Notes: generated by a model from the sequence alone, not told the origin. Shown: positions 38,194 through 47,213, counted from the first letter of the stretch. The stretch is DNA of 64,000 bases from an uncultured bacterium (GCA_903848795.1 CAINHC010000001.1:14915-78914); one strand, 5' to 3'. Numbers and translations are program-made.

Positions 38194-39444
38194 TTACTTA
38201 GCCACCGAATTCAAATAATCCGCATACTCCTTAAAAGTTACACATTTTACCTTAGGCTTTCCACACACATCCTCAGCAAATGATTTCATGGCCTCCCAGT
38301 ATACACCATCATTCCATGTTGAAAAATGGTGGCCAATTACAACTGGAGCGTGATTTCCTTCGTAATTTTTATTGAAGTAATTCAGATAAGCGCCCTTCAT
38401 TTCATTAAAAAAGCTATTCCAAAGAGGCGTCCCCTTCTTGGCGACGTTCTTCACATGTGATTGCATCATCCAAAAATTATAATCCATAGAAAGAACGTAA
38501 TTACTTTTACCCGTAGTGCTTGGACTATTTAATTGTGAATGCAAATCAGGTGACTTAATAATACCAAGTCCAATATGCCAGACTCCATCCTTATCCTTTA
38601 CGGGATATTTTGTTGGCATCCTTATACCACTAGCATCATATAAATATTTTTTCAGAGATAAAACCTTATACAGACTATTATTAACCCCAAGCTCTGGCGC
38701 TCTAAAACCAACGAATTCAGATATATTAAAAGTCCATGGTGCGATAACCACGTTTGGATTATTCTTTTGAACATTCATTATTATTGAATCAAAAGAGTTA
38801 GATTCTTGAAGCCATTCATCGTAACTCCATTTGGATCCATTGAAGTGACCAACATTGTGTGATCCAATCTCATTTCCCTCAGAATATGCCAAGTTTATTT
38901 GCTCCACCCTATCTTTAACATCTTGCTCACTATCAGCATACCCAATCATGGATGCGCCCATTTTGGCTCGTGGAGGCTGATAGACATACTTAGCGGTCTC
39001 TTTGGTAATTAGATAAATTGGATTAATAAAATAAGTAAAATGAATAGGCTTCCCTTTAGCAATCATATCTTTTGAAAACTGACGAGTTTCTTTCCACATA
39101 CTCAACGATCTCGATCCATCAAAGGAGAAGATAACATATTGAATATCTGAATATGTAGCTGAGGATGAGGCTGATATTTCTGAAGTTCCCGTGGCGTGCG
39201 AGCTAATCTTTTCAACTGTATTAGCAGTATCGGCATCACCTTCAGAAACAGAATCGGCATCACCGTTCGAATACCCCAAAAATTCAGAGGAATTAGAAAC
39301 CCCAGCCCAGCTAATCAATAGGTTACCGCCCTTGTAAACCAAAAAAGATAAGGCCAAAACAAATACAACAACTCCCACAACGGTCCTTATATTTATTAAA
39401 ATTTTTGAATATTTTTTTGTTTTTTTTTCTATATTTGGTGGCAT
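38194..39444 (-). CDS. membrane-anchored secreted protein, possible polysaccharide deacetylase-like (CE4) fold
   Basis: N-terminal TM. FSFDGSRS…H..HF pattern weakly reminiscent of NodB-type deacetylases. Assignment tentative. Confidence 0.35.
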   Translation of the reverse strand: MPPNIEKKTKKYSKILINIRTVVGVVVFVLALSFLVYKGGNLLISWAGVSNSSEFLGYSNGDADSVSEGDADTANTVEKISSHATGTSEISASSSATYSDIQYVIFSFDGSRSLSMWKETRQFSKDMIAKGKPIHFTYFINPIYLITKETAKYVYQPPRAKMGASMIGYADSEQDVKDRVEQINLAYSEGNEIGSHNVGHFNGSKWSYDEWLQESNSFDSIIMNVQKNNPNVVIAPWTFNISEFVGFRAPELGVNNSLYKVLSLKKYLYDASGIRMPTKYPVKDKDGVWHIGLGIIKSPDLHSQLNSPSTTGKSNYVLSMDYNFWMMQSHVKNVAKKGTPLWNSFFNEMKGAYLNYFNKNYEGNHAPVVIGHHFSTWNDGVYWEAMKSFAEDVCGKPKVKCVTFKEYADYLNSVAK

Positions 39445-39563
39445 TTTTGATTTTACTTTATATTTAATTTATTTTGATTTTATAATAACATCATTTAGAT
39501 GATTATGCTTGCCTTATTTATAGCTTTATTTATAGGTGAAATTTCTGTTTTATTCCAACGATC

Positions 39564-40181
39564 TTATTTATAAGAAGGAGAATCCTCAGATAAGCCGTTA
39601 AAATAATTCGCCAATCTCGCCATTACATACAAAAGTGAAGATAATCTATTCAAATATGCAAGTGTCCATTTTCCAATAGATTGTTTTCCATTAGATTCGC
39701 CAAGATACTCATCGGTATTAATATGAGAATGTTTTTTTACATCAACTTCACCAACAATAGCAATCACTCTCCTCTCAGCTCTTCTGACTATAGTCCTAGA
39801 AATATCACAAAGAACCGCCATCTCTGTCCCACCTGAAATGAAGAAACTCTTTATTGGTGGTAATATCTTTTCTCCCTCATCAACATAGGCTTCACACTCC
39901 CTCAGTTTTTCTTCAGTAATTGTCATATCAGAACCAGCGACCTCGGCTTGAATTATAAAAAGGTTTTGCTGTATATCGCTAGTAATTTTATCAAAGGCAT
40001 CCCCAAGTATTTCCATTTTAACCACCCCGCCATCAGCCTTAACTTTAATCAATCCCAAAAATGAATTAATTTCATCAAGCGCCCCAAGCGCCTCGGTGAC
40101 ATTCGAACTTTTTGAAATCCTCTGGTCACAACCAAAGGTCTTTGTTGTGCCCTTATCCCCCTTTCCTGTGTATAATGTCAT
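39564..40181 (-). CDS. ATP:cob(I)alamin adenosyltransferase, PduO/MMAB type
   Basis: MTLYTGKGDKGTTKTFGCDQRISK…EALGALDEINSFLGL matches PduO-type ATR N-terminus. Confidence 0.7.
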   Translation of the reverse strand: MTLYTGKGDKGTTKTFGCDQRISKSSNVTEALGALDEINSFLGLIKVKADGGVVKMEILGDAFDKITSDIQQNLFIIQAEVAGSDMTITEEKLRECEAYVDEGEKILPPIKSFFISGGTEMAVLCDISRTIVRRAERRVIAIVGEVDVKKHSHINTDEYLGESNGKQSIGKWTLAYLNRLSSLLYVMARLANYFNGLSEDSPSYK

Positions 40182-40249
40182 ATTTTTGGTTGTGGTTTTA
40201 ATTAAGTGTCGGGGCTTTTAATAAATTGTGATAATGATATCATACCAAC

Positions 40250-41578
40250 ATGATTAAGAAAGAACAAAACAAAACTCCGATCAATAAAATCCCCAAAGTA
40301 GCGTTTGACCCATATGATTATAAGAAGCAAACATACAGGGGTGTAGATATCTACACAAAAGCCCTTCCTTGGGCCAATTGTACTTTTTTAAAGTGGATTA
40401 TTAACCATGGAGCACAGGATGACAAGATTGGAACAGAAGGGACTGCCCATTTCTTGGAACACATCATGTTTGATGGAAATGACTTATATGGAGATAAGAA
40501 GACGATAGATTTATTTTCTAAAGAGCATTTATTGGACTCTTTAAATGCACACACTCGTTTTACCGACACTTGTTATGTCTGTAAATTCCTACCACAAAAG
40601 ACCGCCCCTGCTCTTGAAGGAATACATCGTCTAATTTTTAAACCACTAATGCGAGATGAGGATATTGAGCATGAGAGAAAGGTTATCACCCAAGAAGGCT
40701 GGGGATATTTATTAAATGAAAAATATATAGATTATCTAAAGAAGTGGAGTAAAAATTTATACAGCGACATTCCAGAAAAAAGTCGAATGTCTTCACCCTT
40801 AGGATGGATTGATACTGTTGCTAAAATAAGCAAAAAGGATCTTAAGTCGGCTCATAAGAATTACGTTAGAGAAAATTCAGCTATAATCTTGGCTGGTATT
40901 GTGAATGACAATACAATCAAGGAAATAAAGCGCATTATTGATCAGCTCCCAACAGGAAAGAAGAGAACTCCATTTAGAATACCAAGCAAAATTAATATTC
41001 CTAAAGAAAAAAGATGGGTTAAGACTTATACCGAAATTGGACGAACGGACAATAAGCAAGCCTTACTTGAGATAGACAGAATATTAGAGATCAAAAAGAC
41101 CGACGAAGATACTCTCGGCCTAATCGAAACTGTTTTAAGAGAAGTTCTGTTTAGACGACTACGACACGATAACAGTTGGTGTTATGGAGTTGGAGTTAAC
41201 TTTTTCAGAAATCCAAAATATGTTTCTCAAAATATCTGGGTTAAGGTTGCTCCAGAAAATTTGAAAGACGCTGAAACTATAATTTGGGATACAATCGATA
41301 GATTTATTAAGGGAGAGTACAAGGAAGATTGTGAACGAGAGCGAAAAATTGTTATAGATAGGACTCTAGCTAGCGAGTTTTTAAGTGGAGACGTTGCAGA
41401 ATCAGCAGAAAGACAAATAGCTTCTGGCAAGAAAATCAAAACAATTAATGAATATTTAGAAAGTGTGGTAAAAGCAAATTATGACAAGGGAGCCAAACAC
41501 CTATCGCTTTATTTCAAAAAGGAGGATGTCTTTACTGAGATAAATATTTCTGAAGAATTTAAGGGAAAGGTTGAATAG
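40250..41578 (+). CDS. M16 family zinc peptidase (insulinase-like)
   Basis: Inverted zinc motif GTAHFLEH plus downstream E. 442 aa. Confidence 0.75.
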   Translation: MIKKEQNKTPINKIPKVAFDPYDYKKQTYRGVDIYTKALPWANCTFLKWIINHGAQDDKIGTEGTAHFLEHIMFDGNDLYGDKKTIDLFSKEHLLDSLNAHTRFTDTCYVCKFLPQKTAPALEGIHRLIFKPLMRDEDIEHERKVITQEGWGYLLNEKYIDYLKKWSKNLYSDIPEKSRMSSPLGWIDTVAKISKKDLKSAHKNYVRENSAIILAGIVNDNTIKEIKRIIDQLPTGKKRTPFRIPSKINIPKEKRWVKTYTEIGRTDNKQALLEIDRILEIKKTDEDTLGLIETVLREVLFRRLRHDNSWCYGVGVNFFRNPKYVSQNIWVKVAPENLKDAETIIWDTIDRFIKGEYKEDCERERKIVIDRTLASEFLSGDVAESAERQIASGKKIKTINEYLESVVKANYDKGAKHLSLYFKKEDVFTEINISEEFKGKVE

Positions 41579-41649
41579 TAGAATATAGACATATGGCCAA
41601 GCTAGAACGGTAGTTGACAATGTAATGACAATTGCATTATACTTCTGAC

Positions 41650-41928
41650 ATGAGTATTCAAACAACTATACAAATAAGAATTGAAGAAGACCTAAAAGAA
41701 AAAGCATCTGACGTACTTAAGAATATCGGACTGGATCTTTCTTCTGGAATCAAACTCTTTCTAAAAGAGGTTGTTACTAGTGAGTCTGTCCCCTTTATCC
41801 CCTCAACGGCAAAAGGTAAGAAACTTCTGAATTATGAGATGCTCAAACAGGAGATTGCTGAAGCAAAGAAGAAAGGTAAGGGGTTTGCAACAAGTGAAGA
41901 AATGTTGGATGACATCTTAAGGAAGTAA
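41650..41928 (+). CDS. dinJ: DinJ/RelB family antitoxin
   Basis: IQIRIEEDLKEKASDVLKNIGLDLSSGIKLFLKEVVTSESVPF closely parallels E. coli DinJ. Confidence 0.7.
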   Translation: MSIQTTIQIRIEEDLKEKASDVLKNIGLDLSSGIKLFLKEVVTSESVPFIPSTAKGKKLLNYEMLKQEIAEAKKKGKGFATSEEMLDDILRK

Positions 41929-41982
41929 AAATTTATATTTTCTTTGGCATTTCTTCAGGGTACAAATGATATCCTATGCATT

Positions 41983-42261
41983 ATGTATAGAATATTTTAT
42001 ACCAACAATTTTAAGAAACAATTGGCAAAAGTCTTGTCATCTGGAAGATATACGGAATCTGAGGTTAATGATGTTATTAATACATTGGCCATGGGAAAGA
42101 TGCTAGATGTGAGGTTTAAGAATCATAAATTAAGTGGTGAATATACTGGTTTTTATGAATGTCATATTCGCCCAGATCTACTGCTGATTTACGAAAAAGA
42201 CAATATTAACATGATATTAACAGCAATATCTATTGGTAGTCACTCGGAATTATTTGGCTAA
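41983..42261 (+). CDS. yafQ: YafQ/RelE family mRNA interferase toxin
   Basis: …HKLSGEYTGFYECHIRPDLLLIYEKDNINMILTAISIGSHSELFG parallels YafQ (…WKGYRDAHVEPDWILIY…RTGTHAALFG). Start set at MYRIFYTNNFKKQLAK. Confidence 0.7.
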   Translation: MYRIFYTNNFKKQLAKVLSSGRYTESEVNDVINTLAMGKMLDVRFKNHKLSGEYTGFYECHIRPDLLLIYEKDNINMILTAISIGSHSELFG

Positions 42262-42632
42262 AAGCCTCCGTCTAAATACTCCTTAATTCTTGATTTGTCT
42301 TCATTCTCTGATTCACCCTTAAAGTATATTTCGATAAAATCCACCGTATTATTCACAACATGGTAAGCATAAATAATACGAATACCGCTTTGTACACCAA
42401 AACCCTTAAGAGCTTTGCATGCAAATTTCCTAATCTTACAAACCTTCAGTTCATTGGTGCAAAAACTTGGAATTAGTTCGACTGAGTTATTATCTATTTT
42501 TTGCAAATGAAATAACTCGATTGCGTTCTTTTTAACAACTTCAATATCACCCTCAAGCGTTCTAAATTTCTTGAGCAATCTTTTCAAATCTTTATCAAAA
42601 ACTGGTGTATTTTTATAAGTTATCAAGTTCAT
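42258..42632 (-). CDS. RelE/ParE-like toxin (downstream of Panacea-domain antitoxin)
   Basis: …ALKGFGVQSGIRIIYAYHVVNNTVDFIEIYFKGE resembles the RelE/ParE C-terminal beta-sheet consensus. Start set at MNLITYK to limit overlap with the upstream gene to ~20 nt. Confidence 0.5.
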   Translation of the reverse strand: MNLITYKNTPVFDKDLKRLLKKFRTLEGDIEVVKKNAIELFHLQKIDNNSVELIPSFCTNELKVCKIRKFACKALKGFGVQSGIRIIYAYHVVNNTVDFIEIYFKGESENEDKSRIKEYLDGGF

Positions 42633-43401
42633 ATTCTCTAACGGAAGTATTCTTTGTACGATAAAACACTGACTCATAGGATAAAGGTTGACCATATAGA
42701 GCGGTAATCCACGGAACATCCTCATGGGAATAATTACTCAGTTCAACTGCGGATTTATCTGAAAGACGAGAAATAACCTCATCAATATGCTTTATTTCAT
42801 TGGCATTTAATACAGAGATGTCGGACGCTCTTCGTGGTAAATACTTTGTTTGTTCATGTAGAAAGTACTTACTCTTGACTGTCTCAAGCTCCCCCTTGGA
42901 CTCCATCAATTTTACAATTTCCTTAAACTCTACTGGAGTTGGTCCAAAATGGTTCTTAATATATGTTGCTCCAATTAGCTGTTCTTCAAATTTTTCATAA
43001 TAGTCAAAATCAATAAAATAAAGGAGTTTATACAAAACAGTCATTCCCACATTGGACTTACTTCCAACTTTTTCTAGGACATACAGAAGCACCTCTTTAA
43101 ACTTCTTTAGATTTTTTTGCGGTACATCAATACGAATTTCTTGTTTTTCTTTCTTCTTGGATTCATTTGATTCATCAGATATATATACCTTAACATCTGA
43201 AGTTTTTTTACCAGAAATAAGATCTTCTAGAGAAATATTAAAAATCTCAGCGATCTTACTCGCCTCTCCGACGGTTAGCTCTTTTGCCCCTTTTTCGACC
43301 TCTATATAACTTGCTCTTGAAATACCAATTTTTTCAGCAACAAAAGCCTGAGAGACGCCTTGGTTGTTTCTAAGTTCTATTAAAAATTTGCCTTTAATCA
43401 T
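42613..43401 (-). CDS. XRE-family HTH plus Panacea (DUF4065) domain antitoxin
   Basis: N-terminal HTH (LRNNQGVSQAFVAEKIGISRASYIEVEKG). C-terminal LYKLLYFIDFDYYEKFEEQLIGATYIKNHFGPTP matches DUF4065/Panacea. Confidence 0.7.
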   Translation of the reverse strand: MIKGKFLIELRNNQGVSQAFVAEKIGISRASYIEVEKGAKELTVGEASKIAEIFNISLEDLISGKKTSDVKVYISDESNESKKKEKQEIRIDVPQKNLKKFKEVLLYVLEKVGSKSNVGMTVLYKLLYFIDFDYYEKFEEQLIGATYIKNHFGPTPVEFKEIVKLMESKGELETVKSKYFLHEQTKYLPRRASDISVLNANEIKHIDEVISRLSDKSAVELSNYSHEDVPWITALYGQPLSYESVFYRTKNTSVREYELDNL

Positions 43402-43489
43402 GACTACATTATATACCCATTATGAATGATGTCAATATAATATACATGCTCATTGTACATAAAACTTACAATCGTAAATATATTCCAAG

Positions 43490-43572
43490 TGCGCGAGAGA
43501 GGATTTGAACCTCCACGCCCTTACGGGCACTACCACCTCAAGGTAGCGAGTCTACCGTTTCTCCACCCGCGC
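43490..43572 (-). tRNA. tRNA-Leu (GAG), long variable arm
   Basis: Acceptor GCGCGGG/CTCGCGC, anticodon arm CTACC-TTGAGGT-GGTAG, variable arm TGCCCGTAAGGGCGT, T-arm GGAGG-TTCAAAT-CCTCT. Confidence 0.8.
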
Positions 43573-43663
43573 ATGGGTATATTATGCATAAAAGCCAACA
43601 ACAAAACAAGATCACTTGAGTGGTCTTGTTTTGTGTTTATCGATAGTGAATGATTTATTTAAA

Positions 43664-44212
43664 TTATTCTGTAGCTGTAGCCTCCTCTGCTGTTGCCTCT
43701 ACTGCCTCTACTACTTCCACCTCAGGCTCTAGCACGGCTGTTGCAGCTTCCTCTGCTTCTAGTCTTGCAGCTTCTGCTTTAGTTAGATGAGATGAATCAC
43801 GCTTTGTCATTTCCATCTTCATTCTCTTACTAATTTCCTTAGCCGCTTTGTCTCTAATGTAGTAAAGCTTAGCACGACGAACCTTGGCACGCTTTGTAAC
43901 TTCTATTTTATCAATATTAGGTGAGAACAACGGGAAGATTCTTTCTACTCCATAGCCTCCTGAAACCTTTCTAACGGTAAAAGTACCTCCAGCTTCACTT
44001 CCATGCTTTCTAGCAAGAACAAGACCCTCAAAAACCTGAAGACGAGTCTTGCCTTTTTCTTGAATTTTTTGATACACCTTAACCGTATCGCCTACGCGCA
44101 TATCAAAATCCTTTCTAGTAGCATCTGTTTTAGCCACCTTAACCTCCTTTTTAACTGTTTTTATAGCTGCTGTCATAGGGAGCAATATAGCAGAGATGCT
44201 GGGTTTTTGCAA
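43664..44212 (-). CDS. rplS: 50S ribosomal protein L19 with Glu/Ala-rich C-terminal extension
   Basis: [36 protein letters not shown]…[28 protein letters not shown]…KLYYIRD matches L19. ~65-aa acidic tail. Confidence 0.85.
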   Translation of the reverse strand: MQKPSISAILLPMTAAIKTVKKEVKVAKTDATRKDFDMRVGDTVKVYQKIQEKGKTRLQVFEGLVLARKHGSEAGGTFTVRKVSGGYGVERIFPLFSPNIDKIEVTKRAKVRRAKLYYIRDKAAKEISKRMKMEMTKRDSSHLTKAEAARLEAEEAATAVLEPEVEVVEAVEATAEEATATE

Positions 44213-44223
44213 ATACGACGCGA

Positions 44224-44319
44224 CCGCCTCTCAGCCCACCCAAGAGCACGCCAATTCTCTGCTGAGAATTGGCTCTGCTCACTGCAGTTCGCAAGTCTCT
44301 TGGGTGGGCTGAGAGGCGG
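44224..44319. repeat. GC-rich perfect 23-bp-stem hairpin with nested TTC-TGCT-GAA mini-hairpin (rplS leader / alr 3' region)
   Basis: CCGCCTCTCAGCCCACCCAAGAG (44224-44246) is the exact reverse complement of 44297-44319. The 50-nt loop contains CCAATTCTCTGCTGAGAATTGG. Homologous loop with different stem at 46681-46794. Confidence 0.7.
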
Positions 44320-44356
44320 CCTTGCTGTTGTGGTAAAACGAGCATTTAATACAAAA

Positions 44357-45499
44357 TCAGACGACAATTCTTTTGATTAAGGGGTTGATTCTGGTGACAA
44401 GCTCATAAATGGACATATTTGCCAAATTAGCCATATTTACCAAGCTATTTTTGAAATTATCATCCAGACCAACTATTTCAACCTCATCACCAACCTTTAT
44501 ATCTGAAACCCTTGTAGCATCCACCATTATTATGTCCATACAAACGTTGCCCAACACCTTACAAGCCATGCCTCTTACATAAACATAGCCAATTCTAGAA
44601 AGAGCACGAGGAAAACCGTGCCAATAACCTATTGGTAAAATAGCTATCTTGGTATCTTTATTTAGTCTTTCAGATAAATCATAACCGACCCCCTCTCCCT
44701 TTTTGACATCCTTAATCTCTGCAACAATTGTTTTCCACGCCAGTACTGGCTTTAGCTTTAAGCTCTTAGATTTATATTTCCTTGCTTCTGTAGACGGCCA
44801 CAAGCCATACATTCCAATGCCAACCCTAATCATGTCGAAATGGGCAGTTTTATAAATCAAACCGCCACCAGTTGCAGATGCATGTCTGATTGGTGTTATA
44901 TTAAATTGACTCGACAAAAAATCAGCCCATTCTGTAAATTCAGCTATCTGCTTGTTGGTGTGAACCTTATCGTTTGGATCTTTTGCAGATGAAAAATGGG
45001 TAAAAATACCCTCAATCTCAACCTTAGACAAAATATTCCTAAGAGTGGAAGACACCTCGGGTATTTGGTTCACGCTGAAACCATGCCGATGCATCCCAGT
45101 ATCCACCTTTAAATGAATCTTTAGTTTTTTGCTAAATTTAGTATTTTGAATTTCTTTAATAGTTTCAAAGGAAGACGCAGCTACACTCAAATCGTTCTCC
45201 TCTGCCACCGCCAACATCTCTGGTAAGACATATCCAAGAACAAGAATCGGTTTCTTAACCCCCTCTTTTCTCAAAGCAACACCTTCAACAACGGAATCTA
45301 CACCAAACCAATCAAGATCTTTATTATTCTTTACAATATTCGCAAAATCCCAAAGACCGTGTCCATAGGCATTAGATTTAACAACGGACATTATTTTGAC
45401 ATTATTGCCAACCAAATCACGAAATGATTTCAAATTATTTAATACTGAATTTTTGTCTATTTCAATCCAAGTTCGAAGTCCCTTAGTTTTACTTTTCAT
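44357..45499 (-). CDS. alr: alanine racemase
   Basis: PLP-lysine motif VVKSNAYGHG. Alr N- and C-terminal domains. 380 aa. Confidence 0.85.
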   Translation of the reverse strand: MKSKTKGLRTWIEIDKNSVLNNLKSFRDLVGNNVKIMSVVKSNAYGHGLWDFANIVKNNKDLDWFGVDSVVEGVALRKEGVKKPILVLGYVLPEMLAVAEENDLSVAASSFETIKEIQNTKFSKKLKIHLKVDTGMHRHGFSVNQIPEVSSTLRNILSKVEIEGIFTHFSSAKDPNDKVHTNKQIAEFTEWADFLSSQFNITPIRHASATGGGLIYKTAHFDMIRVGIGMYGLWPSTEARKYKSKSLKLKPVLAWKTIVAEIKDVKKGEGVGYDLSERLNKDTKIAILPIGYWHGFPRALSRIGYVYVRGMACKVLGNVCMDIIMVDATRVSDIKVGDEVEIVGLDDNFKNSLVNMANLANMSIYELVTRINPLIKRIVV

Positions 45500-45504
45500 T
45501 ATTA

Positions 45505-46386
45505 CTATAATATCGCGTCTGTCGCTTTTTTGAAATCAGCTGGAAGTTCTACCTCGAATTCGCTCATTTCTCCGCTCACCCCACCTTCGTCACCCACTAA
45601 TGCGTTGGATGGTAAAATTAGCTTTAATTTGCGAGCATGAAGCGCTAGGCGATCAAAACCCAAAGCCTTAGGGTGATTCTCGGCATACAAACTATCGCCC
45701 ACCACAGGGTGATTTATGGCCTTAAAATGAACTCTAATCTGATGCGTTCTTCCAGTTAGTGGATGAACCTCAACAAAAGTAAACATCAAGGGTATTTTGG
45801 AATTACCTTTGCCAACCATTATTGCACCTCTCTTCATCACAGGATCTCCATCAAATCTTTTTAGCACTTTATATTCTGTCACCGCGGGACGAAGCTCACC
45901 TCGAGAAAAACGTTGGGCACTCCACTTTCTAAAGTCCCCCTTACTTCTTCCGATGTGTCTGTCTATTACACCCTCATCCTCTTTAACAAAACCCCACACA
46001 AAAGTATTGTATGTTTTTTTGATTATATGATCCTGAAATTGTTTTTTAAGTATTTCAAAAGCCTCTTGATTTCTAGCCACAACCATAACGCCCGAGGTTT
46101 CTTTATCTAGCCTATGAACAACACCTGGTCTTCTTAAAATTGTAGGTTCTTTGTTTGGACCCCTGCCGATTGTCATAGGCTCACCCACATCCTTAGTCTC
46201 TGGAAATTCTTCTTCAATAAAATCACATAAGGTTTTTTCCTTTGTTTTACCATCGCCGTGAACCATAATGCCGGCGGGTTTATTTATGATCAAAACGTCC
46301 TTATCTTGGTATATTATTGATAACATTACCGTTATCATACTCGATATTGATATTATTTCAATAATAGTATATATTATGGGAACCAA
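45505..46386 (-). CDS. RluA-family pseudouridine synthase
   Basis: …LIINKPAGIMVHG… and catalytic HRLDKETSGVMVVAR. True start may be an internal Met since no S4 domain is present. Confidence 0.8.
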   Translation of the reverse strand: MVPIIYTIIEIISISSMITVMLSIIYQDKDVLIINKPAGIMVHGDGKTKEKTLCDFIEEEFPETKDVGEPMTIGRGPNKEPTILRRPGVVHRLDKETSGVMVVARNQEAFEILKKQFQDHIIKKTYNTFVWGFVKEDEGVIDRHIGRSKGDFRKWSAQRFSRGELRPAVTEYKVLKRFDGDPVMKRGAIMVGKGNSKIPLMFTFVEVHPLTGRTHQIRVHFKAINHPVVGDSLYAENHPKALGFDRLALHARKLKLILPSNALVGDEGGVSGEMSEFEVELPADFKKATDAIL

Positions 46387-46390
46387 ATGA

Positions 46391-46463
46391 GGGCGATTAG
46401 CTCAGTTGGTAGAGCAACTCATTTACACTGAGAAGGTCAGGGGTTCGAGTCCCTTATCGCCCA
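46391..46463 (+). tRNA. tRNA-Val (TAC)
   Basis: Acceptor GGGCGAT/ATCGCCC, D-arm GCTC-AGTTGGTA-GAGC, anticodon loop TTTACAC, T-loop TTCGAGT. Confidence 0.85.
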
Positions 46464-46473
46464 CAAAACAAAA

Positions 46474-46501
46474 ATAACAGGAATTTATTCCTGTTATTTT
46501 T
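46474..46501 (+). terminator. terminator after tRNA-Val
   Basis: AACAGGAATttaTTCCTGTT + TTTTTCG. Confidence 0.55.
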
Positions 46502-46652
46502 CGTTTGTGTTGGGGCGATAGGAGGTGCCTTGAGTCACCTCCGCAAGGGACGAGAAAAGCTTTGCTATATTTTCGAGAATCTGAAAGATTCGAGAAAATT
46601 GCAAAGGTGTACTGGGGCTGCGATTCAGCAGAATCGCCTACTGGGTAAGCCC

Positions 46653-46672
46653 CGAGTCCCTTATCGCCCACA
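46653..46672. repeat. direct repeat of the tRNA-Val 3' end (CGAGTCCCTTATCGCCCACA), 20/20 identical to 46446-46465
   Basis: Exact 20-bp copy of T-loop-to-3'-end sequence located 187 bp downstream of the tRNA, an att-like arrangement. Confidence 0.75.
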
Positions 46673-46680
46673 ATTCACTC

Positions 46681-46794
46681 AAAACTCCGCTTCTATTGAA
46701 TGCACACCAATTTTCTGCTGAAAATTCGATTTCCGTCGACAGGAAATCGCCCGCTCGTTGCAACTCGCAAGGCATTCAATAGAAGCGGAGTTTT
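46681..46794. repeat. second perfect 23-bp-stem hairpin with homologous loop (TTC-TGCT-GAA mini-hairpin plus GATTTCC-GTCGACA-GGAAATC palindrome)
   Basis: AAAACTCCGCTTCTATTGAATGC (46681-46703) is the exact reverse complement of 46772-46794. The loop contains CCAATTTTCTGCTGAAAATTCG and ends …CTCGCAAG like the 44224 element. Confidence 0.7.
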
Positions 46795-46950
46795 TCGTTC
46801 ATGGGTATTTTGTAAAAAAATTCGATGATTGGAATTATTTTATCACCCTGCTTTCGCTTTTGAAGCCGAACACTTATCTTATTTTATAAGTAAAAAACTT
46901 CCAAAAAAATCCTCCGCCACAAAAGATAATATCCTTATCCAATGAACGAA

Positions 46951-47073
46951 TTTGTGCTCTCGGTAGGAATCTTCCCCTACGGGGACGGTACAGGTTTCGT
47001 ATTGTGCTCGCTATGCTTCGCACAATATACTCAACCTTTTCGATTCCTACACGCAAGCCGATCAATCGGCTTG
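46951..47073. repeat. tRNA-Arg(TCT)-linked structured insert plus 22-bp copy of the tRNA 3' end (46951-46972), ~90% identical (inverted) to 52553-52685
   Basis: ATTTGTGCTCTCGGTAGGAATC at 46951-46972 equals 47103-47124 (reverse complement of the tRNA 3' end). Intervening sequence forms nested stems (GTAGGAATC/GATTCCTAC, AGGTT/AACCT, TATTGTGC/GCACAATA, CCCC-GTA-GGGG). Confidence 0.7.
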
Positions 47074-47107
47074 CTCTCGAGCCCAAAATTAAAACGCCTT
47101 TCGGCGT

Positions 47108-47179
47108 TTTAATATTTGTGCTCTCGGTAGGAATCGAACCTACATTAACGGCTTAGAAGTCCGCAGTTCTATCCATTGA
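47108..47179 (-). tRNA. tRNA-Arg (TCT), with A31-G39 mismatch in anticodon stem
   Basis: Acceptor GCTCTTG/CGAGAGC, D-arm GTTC-AATGGATA-GAAC, anticodon loop CTTCTAA, T-arm GTAGG-TTCGATT-CCTAC. Terminator hairpin AAAACGCCgaaaGGCGTTTT follows on the minus strand. Confidence 0.65.
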
Positions 47180-47213
47180 ACTACAAGAGCATGCATGTAC
47201 AATAGCATATTTT

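Noticed and set aside
43453-43653. 66-aa plus-strand ORF
   Set aside because: Overlaps tRNA-Leu on the opposite strand. Shadow ORF.
44151-44380. Three overlapping ORFs (44003-44380 +, 44151-44345 -, 44173-44367 -)
   Set aside because: They read through the perfect 23-bp-stem GC-rich hairpin and the rplS start. Symmetric sequence generates ORFs on both strands. Non-coding element preferred.
46874-47086. 70-aa minus-strand ORF
   Set aside because: Lies entirely within the tRNA-Arg-linked repeat/insert region and is Arg/Gly-rich from GC-rich structured DNA. No protein-like features.
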